A stretch of DNA of 64,000 nt from NCBI GenBank assembly GCA_965207755.1, contig OZ242297.1:83384-147383 (forward strand). Reading direction: 5' to 3'. The position numbers and the translations under genes are program-made. This stretch comes from Acidimicrobiales bacterium. GTDB taxonomy: Bacteria > Actinomycetota > Acidimicrobiia > Acidimicrobiales > Aldehydirespiratoraceae. The notes under the pieces were generated by a model. The model saw only the letters and a program-made list of their open reading frames with translations, was not told the origin of the DNA and did no database searches. This document shows, one piece after another, positions 61,926 to 64,000 of the stretch; the stretch's first letter is position 1; each line of letters begins with the position of its first letter.

Positions 61926-62786
61926 ATGTTCAACGCGGCGAAGACGTTCACGCTGCTGGCCCTGCTGGGCGGCCTGTGCATTGTGATCGGGGGCGCTCTC
62001 GGCGGCCGGCCCGGCCTGGTGCTGGGCCTGATCCTGGGCATCGCGATCGCGGGCGGCAGCTACTGGTTCAGCGACAGGCTGGCCATCTCCTCGGCCCGGG
62101 CCCAGCCGGTGACCGCGGCCGACATGCCCCAGTACCACGAGATCATGGTCGACTTGTGCATGAGGGCGCAGATGCCGATGCCGAAGCTGTACATCTCGCC
62201 GAACCCGCAGCCCAACGCCTTCGCCACGGGACGCAACCCCAACAACGCGGCGGTGTGCATCACTCAGGGCCTGACCCAGGCGATGGGCTGGGACGAGATC
62301 CGGGGTGTGCTGGCCCATGAGCTGGCCCATATCCGCAACCGCGACATCCTGATCGGCTCGGTGGCCGCGGCGGTGGGCATGGCGGTGACGTTCGTCGCCA
62401 ACATGGCCATGTGGGGGGCGATGTTCGCCGGCGGGCGCGACGACCGCCACGGCAACGTGTTCGGGCAGCTGGCCCTGGCCATCCTGGCCCCGATCGCGGC
62501 CACGATGATCCAGGCGGCCATCAGCCGCAGCCGCGAGTTCCAGGCCGACGCGTCGGCGGCGAGGCTGATCGGCGACGGCCGTCCCCTGGCCCGGGCGCTG
62601 GAGCGTCTGGAGGCGTACTCGCAGCGGATCCCGTCGGGCGTGAACCCGAGCCAGGCCTCGAACTACATCATCGACCCGCTGAAGGCCCAGGCCCGCGGCG
62701 GCGGGGGAGGCTTCGGCCGCATGTTCTCGACGCACCCGCCCACCGCCGAGCGCATCCGCCGCCTGCAGTCCCGCGACTGGGAGTAG
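61926..62786 (+). CDS. htpX: M48-family zinc metalloprotease HtpX
   Basis: [16 protein letters not shown]..., [25 protein letters not shown] (HEXXH), [10 protein letters not shown] and [11 protein letters not shown] are present. Confidence 0.9.
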   Translation: MFNAAKTFTLLALLGGLCIVIGGALGGRPGLVLGLILGIAIAGGSYWFSDRLAISSARAQPVTAADMPQYHEIMVDLCMRAQMPMPKLYISPNPQPNAFATGRNPNNAAVCITQGLTQAMGWDEIRGVLAHELAHIRNRDILIGSVAAAVGMAVTFVANMAMWGAMFAGGRDDRHGNVFGQLALAILAPIAATMIQAAISRSREFQADASAARLIGDGRPLARALERLEAYSQRIPSGVNPSQASNYIIDPLKAQARGGGGGFGRMFSTHPPTAERIRRLQSRDWE

Positions 62787-62826
62787 TCCCCGCCGGCTGG
62801 CAGCCCTGGCTAGCGGAAGTCGACCG

Positions 62827-63315
62827 CTAGTCGCGGAAGTTGACGTATTGGAGGGGGAGGTCGAAGTCGGCTTCCCTGAGTGCGGCGATCACGGCTTGGA
62901 GGTCGTCTCGCTTCTTGGACTGCACTCGCAGCTGGTCGCCCTGGGTGGACGACTGCACGCCTTTGATGCCGAGGCCCTTGATGAACTTGTTGAGCTCCCG
63001 GGACCGGTCCGACGAGATGCCGGCCCGCAGGGCGGCCACCTGCCGCACGGTGGCCCCGGCTGCTTCCTGGACCTTGCCGTAGTCGAGGGCCTTGAGCGAC
63101 ACCTTGCGCCGCACCAGCTTCTCCTCGAGCACGATGCGGGCGGCGGCCAGCCGGTCCTCGGTGGAGGAGTTCATCGTGATGAGGCCGTCGCCGAGCACCA
63201 CCGATGTGCCGGTGTTGCGGAAGTCGTATCGGGTGCCGACCTCCCGTGCCGCCTGGTCCACGGCGTTGCGGACTTCCTGCATGTCGAGCCGGCTGACTAC
63301 GTCGAAGGTGGGCAT
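62827..63315 (-). CDS. yajQ: YajQ-family (UPF0234) nucleotide-binding protein
   Basis: MPTFDVVSRLDMQEVRNAVDQAAREVGTRYDFRNT ... IKGVQSSTQGDQLRVQSKKRDDLQAVI is a family hallmark. Confidence 0.85.
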   Translation of the reverse strand: MPTFDVVSRLDMQEVRNAVDQAAREVGTRYDFRNTGTSVVLGDGLITMNSSTEDRLAAARIVLEEKLVRRKVSLKALDYGKVQEAAGATVRQVAALRAGISSDRSRELNKFIKGLGIKGVQSSTQGDQLRVQSKKRDDLQAVIAALREADFDLPLQYVNFRD

Positions 63316-63381
63316 TGGTTTCGATTCCCGGGGGCCGGGGGGACGGGCATGGGGCTCCTGATGATATCGTGCTGGCCCGTC

Positions 63382-63463
63382 TGGGTCGGTGCCCGAGCGG
63401 CCAAAGGGAACGGGCTGTAAACCCGTCGGCTGAGCCTACGGAGGTTCGAATCCTCCCCGGCCC
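63382..63463 (+). tRNA. tRNA-Tyr (anticodon GTA), class II with long variable arm
   Basis: GGGTCGG-TG-CCC-GAGCGGCCAAA-GGG-A-ACGGG-CTGTAAA-CCCGT-CGGCTGAGCCTAC-GGAGG-TTCGAAT-CCTCC-CCGGCCC-A folds as a cloverleaf. CCA is not encoded. Confidence 0.9.
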
Positions 63464-63508
63464 ACACAAATCACCTGTCAACGGATCCGCGCTTACGTCT
63501 ACCAACTC

Positions 63509-63527
63509 GCATACCGATTTGGTATGC
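63509..63527. promoter_or_regulatory. inverted repeat GCATACC-gattt-GGTATGC, candidate operator of the RHH/MazF-like operon
   Basis: A perfect 7-bp inverted repeat ends 8 nt before the ATG at 63535. RHH antitoxins typically autoregulate through such sites. Confidence 0.4.
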
Positions 63528-63534
63528 TCGGACC

Positions 63535-63789
63535 ATGGGCACCCAACAGGTTGCTGTCCGTTTGGCTGCGCCGCTTCTAGCGAGGCTTGACGACCTCGTC
63601 GAGAGCGGTGCATACGAGAGCCGAGCCGCCGTGGTGCGAGCAGGCATAGAAGCCATCGCGGAAGTTGAGCAGCGGCGCCGGATTGATCGCGCCATCGTCG
63701 ACGGCTACTCGCGGCTGCCACCGACAGAGGCCGAGGATCACGCGGCGATCGTCTCGCTGAGCGAGGCGATCCTCGAAGAGCCGTGGTGA
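63535..63789 (+). CDS. ribbon-helix-helix antitoxin (MazE-position)
   Basis: MGTQQVAVRLAAPLLARLDDLVESGAYESRAAVVRAGIEAI is an RHH N-terminus. The stop overlaps the next start (GTGA). Confidence 0.7.
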   Translation: MGTQQVAVRLAAPLLARLDDLVESGAYESRAAVVRAGIEAIAEVEQRRRIDRAIVDGYSRLPPTEAEDHAAIVSLSEAILEEPW

Positions 63790-64000
63790 CCGACCTTCAG
63801 CGCGGGCAAGTCTGGTGGGGCGAGATTGAGGAAGCCGGCCGGCGCCCTTTCCTCGTCATGAGCCGCAACGCCGCCATTCCCGTGCTGAACAGCGTTCTCG
63901 CTGCTCCCGTCACTCGCACCATCAGAGGGATTCCCACAGAACTGCCACTCGGTCCTGAAGACGGCATGCCCGCGGACTGCGTCGCAAGCTTCGACAACCT
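63786..64000 (+). CDS. MazF/PemK-family toxin, N-terminal part (runs off the right edge; not in the ORF track)
   Basis: Own translation from GTG 63786 gives VTDLQRGQVWWGEIEEAGRRPFLVMSRNAAIPVLNSVLAAPVTRTIRGIPTELPLGPEDGMPADCVASFDN, the PemK/MazF pattern (RG.vw......G.RP.lv.s......... v..P.T). Confidence 0.7.
   Translation, partial: MTDLQRGQVWWGEIEEAGRRPFLVMSRNAAIPVLNSVLAAPVTRTIRGIPTELPLGPEDGMPADCVASFDN

Overview
High-G+C actinobacterial-type DNA (CrgA, LLM/F420-type oxidoreductase, many GTG starts, heavy load of shadow ORFs). The window has two halves. The left half (1 to about 32.5 kb) is an accessory island. It holds debris of at least five IS families (IS1182, IS21, two ISL3 subtypes, IS256, IS3) interleaved with conflict-system modules, several visibly AT-richer than their flanks. 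The modules are: a DUF4365-like nuclease plus an unknown partner; a HEPN / kinase-fragment cassette; a NurA-like nuclease translationally coupled to a DNA methyltransferase; an overlapping RHH-Doc-(deoxyribosyltransferase-like::XRE)-ImmA operon; a SAM-methyltransferase/AlkB pair plus a PfkB kinase; a GHKL ATPase plus an 811-aa tandem PRTase-like protein; a NYN protein; a frameshifted orphan DarG; a decayed AbiE-like pair; and an orphan beta-class methyltransferase. The right half (32.8-64 kb) is core metabolism: ggt, PNP/deaminase salvage, yaaA, aminotransferase, dcd, crgA, msrA, D-aminoacylase, acs, htpX, yajQ, tRNA-Gly, tRNA-Tyr and a MazEF-like pair. It is saturated with intergenic hairpin (REP-like) elements and tandem arrays with 65, 70 and 73 bp periods. 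The most unusual structural signal is five independent loci built as a 37-bp direct duplication around a 36-bp unrelated insert, with an exact 73-bp period, plus one 73-bp array. I found no CRISPR array, cas gene, rRNA or intact transposase. Function calls rest on motif recognition by eye, and no database search was possible.
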